Assembly (NCBI GenBank): GCA_965219995.1
Contig: CBDCOX010000002.1
Span: 1-64,000, forward strand
Length of the DNA: 64,000 nucleotides
Source of the DNA: Candidatus Latescibacterota bacterium
GTDB taxonomy: Bacteria; Latescibacterota; UBA2968; GCA-2709665
Reading direction: 5' to 3'
The notes beneath the pieces are model-generated. The model searched no databases, was not told where the DNA came from, and worked only from the letters and a program-made list of their open reading frames with translations. Both the position numbers and the translations under genes were made by a program. Each line of letters begins with the position of its first letter. The stretch's first letter is position 1. This document shows positions 7,955-17,681 of this stretch, in pieces.

Positions 7955-9993
7955 AATTCGATCGATCCCTGATGGCGCCCGCCGAATTCGAATTCGTGGT
8001 CGTGGCGGATACCCACTACATGCTGGATCCGGGCGGACGTGCGCTGGAATTCGAATCCCGGAGGAAGCAAACGGCGAGAGCGGACGCGGCGCTGAGGCTG
8101 GCTGCGTCTCTGGGCGCGGACTTTATCCTGCACATGGGCGACCTGGTCCAGGAAACCCCGGAGACGCGGCGCCACAACGAAGCGATCGGCAGGGCGAGGG
8201 CGCAACTGGCGCGCCTGGACGCGGAAGTCCGGTTCGTCGCCGGCAATCACGACGTGGGCGACAAGCCCGATCCCACCATGCCCACCCGGCCCGTCACGTC
8301 CGAGTCCCTCAAGCGGCATCACGCGCGGTTCGGGCATTCCTGGTACAGCTTCGACCACCGGGACTGTCACTTCGTCGTGATCAACTCCCAGATTCTCAAC
8401 GCCGGACTGCCCGAATCCGTATCCCAGCGCGCCTGGCTGGAACACGACCTGGAAACTCATGGACAGGACCGGGCTTTTCTCTTTCTCCACCTGCCGCCAT
8501 TCCTGGAACAGCCGGACGAGCCACACCTGGGCAACTACGACAATATCGGCCAGCCCGCGCGCCGCTGGTTGCTCGACCTGACCGAGAGATACGGAATCGA
8601 CACGGTCTGCGCCGCGCACGTCCATTTCGCGTTCCTGAATCGAATCGGGCCGACCCGCGTCCACAACGTGCCCTCGACCTCCTTTGTGCGCCCTGGCTTC
8701 AGCCACCTGTTTACCGGCCCTGCGCCGCCCGAGCAGGGGAGGGACGACGCGCCGAAACTCGGCTTCCATCTGTTCCGCGTCTTTCGGGACCGGACAGACG
8801 TGCATTTCATTCGGACCTGGGGCGCGTCTGCCCTTCAGGACGCGGCAGCGGACGGGCCGAAACGACTGCTCACCCGGATTTCGGCCGGGTTGCCCGCATC
8901 TCCCCTTGGGTTGACGCTATTGCATCCTCTCGTGAACCGGGCCGAAATCCCGATCGCGTTTCCCAGCGTCGTCCGGCAGCGGGTCAGGAACGACTATCCG
9001 CTGCTCGCCGCGGTGGAACTCGGCGCGGCCGTCGTGCGCTTTCCTGCCTCGGACCTCGAAGATTCCAGTCAGAGGGAGAGGCTCGAAGTCCTCCGCGACG
9101 AGGGTCCGCGGCTCACGGCGACGCTGCCCGCGTCTCTCGCGGCGGACCTGCAGCGGTACGTCCGGCGGCACGCGGATGCCGTTGATACGTGGGAAGTCCA
9201 GATACCGGGCGCCCTGCTGCCTTCCGGCGACCTCACGGGGGCCCTCGTGGAGATGGGGAAGGACAATTCCATCCAACTCTCTCTGGCCCCTATCCTCCCG
9301 GGTGAGGTCCGTCCCGGCAAACAGCACCCCCGCACCCGGATCGGATACCTTCCCGGCGAACTGCGCGAACTGGACCGGTGCCTTGCGGAACACGACGCCT
9401 CCGTCGAACGGGTCCTGTGCCGTCTGGACGGGAAAGAACCGTGGAAGACAGGTCTGGAACTCCTGGGCCTCGGCGCCCTCAGCCGCGTCAGAGAGGTGGA
9501 CCTTGTCGTATCCCTCGCCTCCCGGGACGACGCACGGAACGCAAACGCCGCGGCCGAATCGCTCTTTTGCGCCGCCCTGTTGCCCGGCGCCCGCGTCTAC
9601 TTCGATCCGTTTGTCGACCTGGACCGGACCCTCGACGCGGCTCACGGGCTCCTGGACACCTCCTGTAATCCCCGCCCAGCCTTTCACGTACTGCGCTGCC
9701 TGAATTCAGTACTCTATCACGAGCGAATTTCGCGCGAGGACCACGGTGCCGTCGAATTGCGGGGCGCCACGATTCGGACGTTGACGGGCGCAGATCGAGT
9801 CCATGCACTGATTACCGCCGAATGCGGCGAACTTCCGGATCTCGGCGGTCTGGTGTTTCCCGGAATCTCACGGGACGACCCGTCGCGTCTCTACCGCCTT
9901 TCAGAAGGTACGGTTCAGACGGGTCCGTTCGAACGCCTCCTGGGATGCGCGAGGGGTCTTCCGAGCCCGGTACTCCTTGCTTCCGGCTTGTAA
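7951..9993 (+). CDS. Calcineurin-like metallophosphoesterase with a large C-terminal domain
   Basis: DTH, GDLV, GNHD, HLP, AHVH motifs in the first ~250 aa. ATGA overlap with the ABC-F gene. Confidence 0.85.
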   Translation: MKFDRSLMAPAEFEFVVVADTHYMLDPGGRALEFESRRKQTARADAALRLAASLGADFILHMGDLVQETPETRRHNEAIGRARAQLARLDAEVRFVAGNHDVGDKPDPTMPTRPVTSESLKRHHARFGHSWYSFDHRDCHFVVINSQILNAGLPESVSQRAWLEHDLETHGQDRAFLFLHLPPFLEQPDEPHLGNYDNIGQPARRWLLDLTERYGIDTVCAAHVHFAFLNRIGPTRVHNVPSTSFVRPGFSHLFTGPAPPEQGRDDAPKLGFHLFRVFRDRTDVHFIRTWGASALQDAAADGPKRLLTRISAGLPASPLGLTLLHPLVNRAEIPIAFPSVVRQRVRNDYPLLAAVELGAAVVRFPASDLEDSSQRERLEVLRDEGPRLTATLPASLAADLQRYVRRHADAVDTWEVQIPGALLPSGDLTGALVEMGKDNSIQLSLAPILPGEVRPGKQHPRTRIGYLPGELRELDRCLAEHDASVERVLCRLDGKEPWKTGLELLGLGALSRVREVDLVVSLASRDDARNANAAAESLFCAALLPGARVYFDPFVDLDRTLDAAHGLLDTSCNPRPAFHVLRCLNSVLYHERISREDHGAVELRGATIRTLTGADRVHALITAECGELPDLGGLVFPGISRDDPSRLYRLSEGTVQTGPFERLLGCARGLPSPVLLASGL

Positions 9994-10122
9994 TGCTCCC
10001 GCCTATCGGGTTGACAATTCCCCCGGTTCTATTGATCTTTTGGCGCAAGGGTTCTGAACGTTGCAATTGAGCTTCAATCCCCTGTCTTGCGTCCGAACCC
10101 ACGAACAGTAAGGACACGTCCC

Positions 10123-10920
10123 ATGCCGAAGACGTTACGCGTCTGCCTGGCCGCGCTCAAGCAGCGACCCTCCGTGCCGGAAGGGGTTGAAAAGCTGATT
10201 TCCGTTTTGCACGAATGCCGTGACCTGAAGGTGGATATCGTCTGCACGCCGGAGACGTACCTGCCCGGCCTGAGAGGCGCGTCCTTCGATCTGCCCGACC
10301 CGGATCAATCCGCGATGGAACAGGCTCTGACGGACCTTCGCGCGGCGTGCCGGGAAACCGGGGTGGCCATGATCGCCGGGATGGAGTGGCAGTCCGAACT
10401 CGGTCTCGAAAACAGGGCATTCGTCATCTCCCCGGCGGGCCGGGTGCTCGGCCATCAGACCAAGAACCAGATCACGCCGGGCGGCGAGTCGGAAAACTAC
10501 GTGCCGGACGGGCGGCGACGGGTGTTTACCGTCAAGGGCGTCAAGTTCGGAATTACCATCTGCCACGAAGGCTGGCGCTATCCGGAAACCGTGCGCTGGC
10601 CCGCCGTACGGGGCGCGCGGATCGTCTTTCAACCCCAGGTCACGGGCAGCGACGAAGGAGGAAGGGGGTCGGGGGAGTGGGGCGAGTCCTTCTACGAGAA
10701 GGCCATGCAGTGCCGGGCGGGCGAGAACAACATCTACTTCGCCAGCGTCAACCAGGCCATGGACGGTCAGAACTCGGCCACCAGCCTCATCGACCCTCAG
10801 GGCGATCTCATCGAATACATCCCGCGCGGCAGGGAAGACCTGCTCATCGCGGACCTGGACATGGAAAAAGCCACGCGGTTCTACACCAGGCGGTACCGGT
10901 CCGAACTCTATCCAGCCTGA
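10123..10920 (+). CDS. Carbon-nitrogen hydrolase (nitrilase superfamily)
   Basis: Catalytic triad PE / K / ICHE. Confidence 0.9.
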   Translation: MPKTLRVCLAALKQRPSVPEGVEKLISVLHECRDLKVDIVCTPETYLPGLRGASFDLPDPDQSAMEQALTDLRAACRETGVAMIAGMEWQSELGLENRAFVISPAGRVLGHQTKNQITPGGESENYVPDGRRRVFTVKGVKFGITICHEGWRYPETVRWPAVRGARIVFQPQVTGSDEGGRGSGEWGESFYEKAMQCRAGENNIYFASVNQAMDGQNSATSLIDPQGDLIEYIPRGREDLLIADLDMEKATRFYTRRYRSELYPA

Positions 10921-10940
10921 CCCATCCCGGAGGAAGATAA

Positions 10941-12269
10941 ATGACCAGGGTCGCGCTCATCTTGTTCAGCATCTGTCTCCTCTTGAGCAGCAGCGGCGTC
11001 GCACAGGAAGCGCCGTCCGTCGACTTCGACGAAGACGGCGAAGTCGGTTTTACGGATTTCATCATCTTCGCGAGAGGATTCGGGAAAACCGATCAGGACG
11101 CCGGATTCGACGCACGGCTGGACCTGAACGGCAACGGGGAGGTGGACTTCCAGGACTTCATCCTCTTCGCGAGGGGATTCGGAGTCCCGGAACCGCCCGA
11201 AGACGCGGATAAGGAACCGTTCGACCCGGCGCGCATTTATTTCGCGGATTTTCGTGCAGACAGGGTTTTCGTGGTGGATGCCGAGTCGAATTTTTACGAT
11301 CCCGGCCTTTCCGTCTCCCTCAGCCAGCCGCGCAGCATAGCCTACTCTTATCTGAACAGACGTATTTATGTCGTCGGACAGGACTCGTTCTATGCACTTA
11401 CCGAGTCCAGCGAGATCGACTTCAGGCTGCCGCTCCTGGACCCGTCCGACTCACCGGATGCCAGCCCGCGCACCCGTGGCGGATTCCGCGTAGCACTTTC
11501 CCCCGACCATCGTCTTGCCTACGTCACCGAAGATATCGCCAGTCAAATCGAAGTGATCCACCTTAAAAATGCGGAGTCAGTGGGCCTGATTCCTCTTTCG
11601 CTGCCTCCCAGCGGTGTCGGCGTATCTCCGGACGGCGGCACGCTTTACGTGGCACATGCCAACAGACCGTGGCTTTCGGTAATCGACGCTTCCGAAAGGG
11701 CCCTCGCGGACAGTATCCGGCTGGAAGGATGGGGCAACGGGCGCTTGGTCGCGTCGCCAGAGGGAGACAGGATCTATACCGCAACCACCCGGGGCGGCGA
11801 CGATCCGTCGGTACAGATCGTTTCGGTCGATCCTGCGACTAAAGAGATCGTCAATTCGCTGGAAATCGCGCCGGATTCGACGACGAAGGTTTGGGACCTT
11901 CAGGCGTCCAGGGACGGAAGCAAGCTCTACGCAACAGTAAGGCGGTTATTTATTGCGCCGTCGACACAGTTCGGTTTTGTGGTAGAAGGCTATTTCTGGA
12001 CCGTGGATTCAGCCACCTTCAAACTAACGAGCGAAATCCAGGTTGAAGGAGAAGCCGTGAATTTCGCGGTCTCCCGTGATGACAAAACCGCATACGTCGC
12101 CAATGTCGATCCATTCACCGGCGTGATCCGACTCACGATCCTCGACCTGGATAACAATGCCGTCCTTGGTTTCCTTCCGGTGACCTTTCTGTCGGCGTTC
12201 GACATCAAGGCTTACGGCGGCAAGGCGGCATTGGGGCGCGTTGTGGTCCCTGAAATAGCCGTCTTCTGA
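10941..12269 (+). CDS. Secreted protein with dockerin-like EF-hand pair and YVTN/YncE-like beta-propeller
   Basis: Signal peptide; DFDEDGEVGFTDF and DLNGNGEVDFQDF repeats; repeated SPDG..LYV blades. Confidence 0.8.
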   Translation: MTRVALILFSICLLLSSSGVAQEAPSVDFDEDGEVGFTDFIIFARGFGKTDQDAGFDARLDLNGNGEVDFQDFILFARGFGVPEPPEDADKEPFDPARIYFADFRADRVFVVDAESNFYDPGLSVSLSQPRSIAYSYLNRRIYVVGQDSFYALTESSEIDFRLPLLDPSDSPDASPRTRGGFRVALSPDHRLAYVTEDIASQIEVIHLKNAESVGLIPLSLPPSGVGVSPDGGTLYVAHANRPWLSVIDASERALADSIRLEGWGNGRLVASPEGDRIYTATTRGGDDPSVQIVSVDPATKEIVNSLEIAPDSTTKVWDLQASRDGSKLYATVRRLFIAPSTQFGFVVEGYFWTVDSATFKLTSEIQVEGEAVNFAVSRDDKTAYVANVDPFTGVIRLTILDLDNNAVLGFLPVTFLSAFDIKAYGGKAALGRVVVPEIAVF

Positions 12270-12513
12270 GCCACTGGCGCATGGGCCGCGATTGTCGGCG
12301 CAAGCGCGTCTGCCGCCCGCTGCGGCGTGAACTCTTTATGACCTTTCGTGCGTGGTTTTCGCGTTTCCAGTGTACCCGGAACGTTATCCGGGAAGCGCGT
12401 CAGGACGAAATTAGCCTATATAGCGCTTGCGAACCGCGCCGAATTCCAGTAGATTTTTATCATACGAACAACATTGTACCGGATGCATCACCTTTAGACG
12501 AGGAGCGAGGACA

Positions 12514-13569
12514 ATGCTATCATCGCTTCTTCTGGAACCCGGTCGCCTCGAGCTGCGGGACGTGGACATACCCAGCGCCGGTCCCGGGGAGGTCGTCGTC
12601 AGGGTTCGGTCCGCGCTCACGTGCGGCACGGAACTGAAGACCTTCCGCCGCGGCCACCCCAAGATTCCAACCCCAACGCCACTGGGGCATGAGTTCTCCG
12701 GCGATATCTACGAAGTCGGCGAGGGGGTCACCAGATTCAAGCCGGGCGACCAGGTCATGACCGCGCCCACCGCGCCCTGCGGCGAATGTGTGGACTGCCG
12801 GAAGTCGAGGGAAAACCTCTGCCGGTACGCCATCGACGAGATGGTATTCGGCGCTTTTGCGGAATACGTTCGCGTTCCGGCCCACGTCGTCGAAAACAAC
12901 ATGTACAGAAAGCCCGCCGATCTTTCCTACGAGGAAGCGGCGATGCTGGAGCCGCTCTCGTGCGTGGTCTACGGTATGGACCAGGTGCTGATGGGGACGG
13001 ACGCTACCGTGCTCATTATCGGCGCGGGCGCCATCGGTCTGATGCATACGGCGGTCGTGCGTGCCTTTGGCGCAAAGCGCGTGATTGTCGCGGGCAAGCG
13101 CGAACACCGCCTCAGACTCGCCACCACGCTTGGCGCCGACGAGATCATCGACGTGGAAACGGAGAACGCGATTGACCGTGTCAGGGAACTGACGGGCGGC
13201 ATCGGCGCGGACCTGGTGATCGAATGCACGGGACAGCTGGCCGTCTGGGAGAGCACGCCCGACCTGGTCGCCAAAGGGGGCACGATCGTCCTGTTCGGCG
13301 GCCTTCCGAAGGGCACCGTCGCCACCTTCGACACCACCCGGTTACACTACGACCAGATTACCCTCAAGGGCGTGTTTCACTATAGCCGCAGCGCCGTCAA
13401 GAAGGCCTACCAGATGCTGGTCGACAGAAAGATCCATCTCAACGGCCTGATTTCGGGCACCTATTCTCTGTCCGATCTGAAGCACGTCTTCGATCTTCTT
13501 CTGAAGAAGGGCAACGACGTCAAGTTCGCGGTTGTGCCTTCAGAGCCCAGCCCGGAAAAAGCCGGGTGA
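12514..13569 (+). CDS. Zinc-dependent (MDR) alcohol/polyol dehydrogenase
   Basis: CGT, GHEFSG, CGECVDC...C structural Zn site, GAGAIG. Confidence 0.92.
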   Translation: MLSSLLLEPGRLELRDVDIPSAGPGEVVVRVRSALTCGTELKTFRRGHPKIPTPTPLGHEFSGDIYEVGEGVTRFKPGDQVMTAPTAPCGECVDCRKSRENLCRYAIDEMVFGAFAEYVRVPAHVVENNMYRKPADLSYEEAAMLEPLSCVVYGMDQVLMGTDATVLIIGAGAIGLMHTAVVRAFGAKRVIVAGKREHRLRLATTLGADEIIDVETENAIDRVRELTGGIGADLVIECTGQLAVWESTPDLVAKGGTIVLFGGLPKGTVATFDTTRLHYDQITLKGVFHYSRSAVKKAYQMLVDRKIHLNGLISGTYSLSDLKHVFDLLLKKGNDVKFAVVPSEPSPEKAG

Positions 13570-14609
13570 TGCGCGTAGCCCGTCTTTACGACTACGGCGA
13601 CATCCGCATCGAAGAAGAACCGATCCCGGAGATCGGACCGGAAGACGCCCTCGTAAAAATGGCGGTTTGCGGCATCTGCACCAGCGATACGCTGCCGTGG
13701 TACGTGCGCCGCAAGGCCCCCATCGTTCTCGGCCACGAACCCGCCGGTACCATCGTCGACGTCGGCTCCGAAGCCACCGGCTTCTCACCCGGGGATCGGG
13801 TCTTCGTTCACCATCATGCCCCCTGCATGAACTGCCGTTTCTGCCGCCGGGGGCATTTTTCAATGTGCCCCACCTGGAAGGCCTCCGCGCTGGATCCCGG
13901 CGGACTCGCAGAATTCGTCCGCGTTCCCGGTCTCAACCTCAGAACCGATACCCTGAAGCTGCCGGCCTCGCTGTCCCTGGAAGACGGCGCGCTCGTCGAA
14001 CCCACGGCCTGCGCGGTCCAGGCGCTGAAACGCCGCGCCCGCATGCAGCCGGGCGACCGCGTGGTGATCATCGGGATGGGCATTATGGGCCAGCTTCTCG
14101 CGCTGGTCGCCCGGCATTATGGCGCGTTCACCGTGATCGCGTCGGACATGGTTCCCTACCGGCTGCAAAAAGCCCTGGAACTCGGAGCCGACGCGGGCGT
14201 CGACGTCACGGTGGATGACCTGGCTGAAACCGTCGCTGACGCCACTTGCGGGGACATGGCCGACCTGGTTGTGGTCGGTCCGGGGACGCTGTCGGCGATG
14301 GAGGCGGGATTGGCCGCGGTGGGTGTGGGGGGGACCGTGCTTCTGTTCACCCCTGCCGAACCCGGCCGGACCCTCCCGGTCGATCCTTACGATCTCTATT
14401 CCAGGGACATCACCCTCCTGACCAGCTATTCCTGCGGTCCTCCCGACACCGTGGAGGCCCTGGACATCGTTGGCCGTGGAGTGGTGACCGCCGAGAAACT
14501 CGTCACCCACCGTTTCCCTCTGGAAGAAACCGCCGTCGGCTTTCAGACCGTGGCCGAAGCCGGGGAATCCATCAAGACTCTTATCGTCATCGACGAAACC
14601 CAGGCGTAG
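13566..14609 (+). CDS. Zinc-dependent (MDR) alcohol/polyol dehydrogenase
   Basis: CGICTSD, GHEPAG, CMNCRFC...C, GMGIMG. Overlaps the stop codon of the previous gene. Confidence 0.92.
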   Translation: MMRVARLYDYGDIRIEEEPIPEIGPEDALVKMAVCGICTSDTLPWYVRRKAPIVLGHEPAGTIVDVGSEATGFSPGDRVFVHHHAPCMNCRFCRRGHFSMCPTWKASALDPGGLAEFVRVPGLNLRTDTLKLPASLSLEDGALVEPTACAVQALKRRARMQPGDRVVIIGMGIMGQLLALVARHYGAFTVIASDMVPYRLQKALELGADAGVDVTVDDLAETVADATCGDMADLVVVGPGTLSAMEAGLAAVGVGGTVLLFTPAEPGRTLPVDPYDLYSRDITLLTSYSCGPPDTVEALDIVGRGVVTAEKLVTHRFPLEETAVGFQTVAEAGESIKTLIVIDETQA

Positions 14610-14809
14610 AGGCCGGCGCCCGCGGTTGTCCGGAGGTTCCGTCGACCGTGCGGGTATTCATCGGGCAAACCGCGTACGTCAGTTGCGTCTCCCATTCGTT
14701 TCAAACTTGATACTCTGTCGTTTTTCCTTACTTTACCTGTTGTCTTCGGTCACAGGACAGGGTCAGACCCTGCGTTCCACTGTTTTTCGCTATCGGAAAG
14801 GATGCCGGA

Positions 14810-15001
14810 ATGCCCTATGTCAACGTGAAAATGCTCGACGGACGCACGAAGGACCAGAAACGCGAACTGGTCAGGGCCATTACAGACGCACTGCAGAATA
14901 TCTGCGGCGCGAAACCGGAAGGCACGATGGTGGTCATCGAGGAAGTGACCCGCGACCACTGGTCGGTGGGCGGGGTGCTGATATCGGACAGGGACACGTA
15001 G
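14810..15001 (+). CDS. 4-oxalocrotonate tautomerase family protein
   Basis: 63 aa, catalytic Pro-1 after Met, GRTKDQKR, WSVGG. Confidence 0.92.
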   Translation: MPYVNVKMLDGRTKDQKRELVRAITDALQNICGAKPEGTMVVIEEVTRDHWSVGGVLISDRDT

Positions 15002-15090
15002 TCCGCAGGCGCGTCAGTGATCAGTCTCGCAGGTGCGGCGCGGAAGTTCCTCATCGGGTTGAACATCGCCGGTTTTCACCGCGTTTGATC

Positions 15091-15119
15091 TTGACAGAAT
15101 GGCGCCTGCCACCTATATT
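15091..15119 (+). promoter_or_regulatory. Putative sigma70 promoter for the TPR gene
   Basis: TTGACA-N17-TATATT. Confidence 0.6.
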
Positions 15120-15259
15120 GCACCGATCTGCCTTTCGCTCTGAAATTCGCGAAACAACCGCCGATCGGCTCAACCCGTGCAAGGGTTTGAGCCATCTTCG
15201 ATGGCCTGTACTGACCCTGCAGAATCGACGGTACTCCAAAATAAGAAAGGGGAAAGGCC

Positions 15260-16498
15260 TTGAACCATCTGATGCGATACCTGCGCCGACCGGGCATTCC
15301 CGTGCTCGCGTGTTTTGTGTTGGCCTCTCTCGGCACCGCGCCTCCGGAGTTGTACGCCGCGAAAAAGAAGATCACAAAGGGCGATGCCAAAATAGCCAAA
15401 AGGTCCGCCCACCTGTACATCAGCCAGCGGTTGTTCGACAAGGCCCTCGCCCAGTTGCTGATCGTCATCGAAGGCGACCCCAATGACGTACAGGCGCACT
15501 TCATGCTTGGCGAGATCTATTCCGAGAAGAACATGCAGGATGAGATGAGAAAGGAATTCGAACTGGTCCTGGCAACGAAGAAAGGGAAGAAGAAATACGC
15601 CAAGAAGATCCAGCCGTACCTGGACATGTGGTGGAGCAGGAACTACAATAACGCGGTTCGGGCGATTGGCGCCGAAGACTACGGCGCGGCCATCGAGTCC
15701 CTCCAGAAAGCCATCGCGCTGGCGCCGGAGAAGCCCATGACCTACCAGGCGCTGGGGGTGACCTACCTGAACATGGGCCAGGCGCAGGCGGGCATCGACG
15801 CCTATGAAGAGGCGGTGGAGCTCGACAGCACGGAAGCATCTTCGTTCGTCAACCTGGGCCGGGCGTATATGAACATGAAAAATTACGAAGAAGCGATGCA
15901 GTGCTTCACCAGGGCTTGTGAGCTGGTGCCCGACAACGCCGACTATCTGAACGACCTCGCCCGCTCCCAGCAGTATATGGACGACAATGCCGGCGCGCTC
16001 GCAACCGCGGAGAAAGCCCTGGCCATCGACCCCGATAATCTGGACGTGTTGATCATGGCCGGTCAGATGCACCTGATGGGGGGCAATTACGAGAAGGCGG
16101 CCGCACTCCTCGAAAGGGTGGCCGCGCAAAGGCCGGATGACGTGGATACGTTGTTCAATCTGGCGGAATGCTACCGGAATCTGGGCAGAACGGACGAGGC
16201 CGTCAACCTGTTCCTGAAAAGCGTCCAGGCCAATCCACAGGATGCCGATGCATGGTTCCGGCTTGGCCGGATTTATGAAAAACAGGGCAAGCTCAAGGAG
16301 TCCATCGATGCCCTCAAGATGGTCGTCAGCCTGAGAGCCACAAGCGTGACGGGATGGCAGGCGCTTTCCCGATCGTGGGCCCTGCTTTCGCAGGAGCAGT
16401 CTGAAGCGGGTATGGACGACGCGGCTTCGGAAAGCGCGAAGAACGCCGAGGAGGCCTATAATATGAGTACGAGCCTGCAAGACCAGGCCGGTGAGTGA
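15260..16498 (+). CDS. Exported tetratricopeptide repeat protein
   Basis: Signal-like N-terminus; about 9 TPR units (A..L.P....A...LG..Y). Confidence 0.88.
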   Translation: MNHLMRYLRRPGIPVLACFVLASLGTAPPELYAAKKKITKGDAKIAKRSAHLYISQRLFDKALAQLLIVIEGDPNDVQAHFMLGEIYSEKNMQDEMRKEFELVLATKKGKKKYAKKIQPYLDMWWSRNYNNAVRAIGAEDYGAAIESLQKAIALAPEKPMTYQALGVTYLNMGQAQAGIDAYEEAVELDSTEASSFVNLGRAYMNMKNYEEAMQCFTRACELVPDNADYLNDLARSQQYMDDNAGALATAEKALAIDPDNLDVLIMAGQMHLMGGNYEKAAALLERVAAQRPDDVDTLFNLAECYRNLGRTDEAVNLFLKSVQANPQDADAWFRLGRIYEKQGKLKESIDALKMVVSLRATSVTGWQALSRSWALLSQEQSEAGMDDAASESAKNAEEAYNMSTSLQDQAGE

Positions 16499-16529
16499 AC
16501 CGCATGGACCGCCAGGAGAGAGTCAGCCG

Positions 16530-17540
16530 ATGTATCTAACGGATGAGAAAGTCGCCGTTCTGGGTGCGGCCGGAGCCATCGGCTCCAATCTCGCCCAGAC
16601 CCTGCTGGCGTCGGGTACCGCCAGCAGGGTATCTATGTACGACCCGTTCGAACCCGGACTCGAAGGGGCCGCCGAGGAAATCTACCACTGCGGATTTCCG
16701 GGCGCGAACGTCACCTGGACAACCGATATCGCCGAAGCCCTTGCCGGCGCCGCATACGTGATCAGTTCGGGCGGGGCCCCCAGGAAAGAAGGAATGACGC
16801 GCGAAGACCTCACTCGGGACAACGGCCTGATCGCGAAGCAGCTCGGCCTGGACATCAAGCAACATTGTCCGGAATGCAGGTTCGTCATCATCATTTTCAA
16901 TCCGGCAGATATCACCGGGCTCACCACGCTGGTGCACTCAGGCCTTCCCTCCGGCAGGGTGTCCACGCTGGCCGCCCTGGACAGTACACGGCTGCAGACG
17001 GTGCTGGCCCAGCACTTCGGAATCCGGCAGGACCTGGTCACCGGCTGCAAGACCTTCGGAGGCCACGGCGAGACGATGGCCGTCTTCACGAGTGGAACCG
17101 CGGTTGACGGCATTCCCCTCACGGAGGTCCTGGCGGGCAGTACCGTAAACGGCGTCGGCCTCACGCCGGAGGCGTGGAGCGGCATCCAGACCCACGTGAC
17201 CGGCGGCGGCGCCCGGATCATCCAGTTGCGCGGCCGCTCGTCATTCCAGTCTCCAGCGCAGCAAAGCGTCTTCATGCTGCGGGGGTTGTTCGGAGAACCC
17301 TACGACTGGCCGTGCGGCGCTTACGTCAACAACGGGGAATTCAGCAATATCATGATGGCCATGCCTGCGACGCTTTCGGCAGACGGCGTAACCAGCAGCA
17401 TGCCTGAGGGAACGGAAGAAGACATGCAGGCGCTGAGGAGTTCCTACGCCCACCTGGTCGGATTGCGCGACGAGATCATCCGGGAGGGCATTCTGCCGCC
17501 ACTGTCGGAGTGGGGACGCAGCAACCCGAATCTGGGATAG
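16530..17540 (+). CDS. mdh: Malate dehydrogenase
   Basis: GAAGAIG, GAPRKEGMTREDL, NPAD, LDSTR, GGHGE. AGGAG RBS before ATG 16530. Confidence 0.9.
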   Translation: MYLTDEKVAVLGAAGAIGSNLAQTLLASGTASRVSMYDPFEPGLEGAAEEIYHCGFPGANVTWTTDIAEALAGAAYVISSGGAPRKEGMTREDLTRDNGLIAKQLGLDIKQHCPECRFVIIIFNPADITGLTTLVHSGLPSGRVSTLAALDSTRLQTVLAQHFGIRQDLVTGCKTFGGHGETMAVFTSGTAVDGIPLTEVLAGSTVNGVGLTPEAWSGIQTHVTGGGARIIQLRGRSSFQSPAQQSVFMLRGLFGEPYDWPCGAYVNNGEFSNIMMAMPATLSADGVTSSMPEGTEEDMQALRSSYAHLVGLRDEIIREGILPPLSEWGRSNPNLG

Positions 17541-17564
17541 GTCCGCAGAAGGCATTCGTACGCC

Positions 17565-17598
17565 AAAGGGGCGCCCGTCGGGTTGCCCCTTTTTGTTT
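17565..17598 (+). terminator. Rho-independent terminator after mdh
   Basis: AAAGGGGC...GCCCCTTT stem followed by a T-tract. Confidence 0.75.
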
Positions 17599-17681
17599 GC
17601 CGCAACAGGGCTTTTTCGTTATTTTCCGGCCGCGAAAGGCGGAATCCGGGCCACGCTTCACCCCCATTGTCGAGGAACTCC

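Noticed and set aside
12514-14609. Tandem Zn-dependent dehydrogenases as a novel system
   Set aside because: Paired MDR genes are common and nothing nearby indicates a substrate.
14626-16480. Long ORFs 14626-15486 (+) and 15170-16480 (-)
   Set aside because: Off-frame or antisense shadows of the tautomerase and TPR genes, as expected at high GC.
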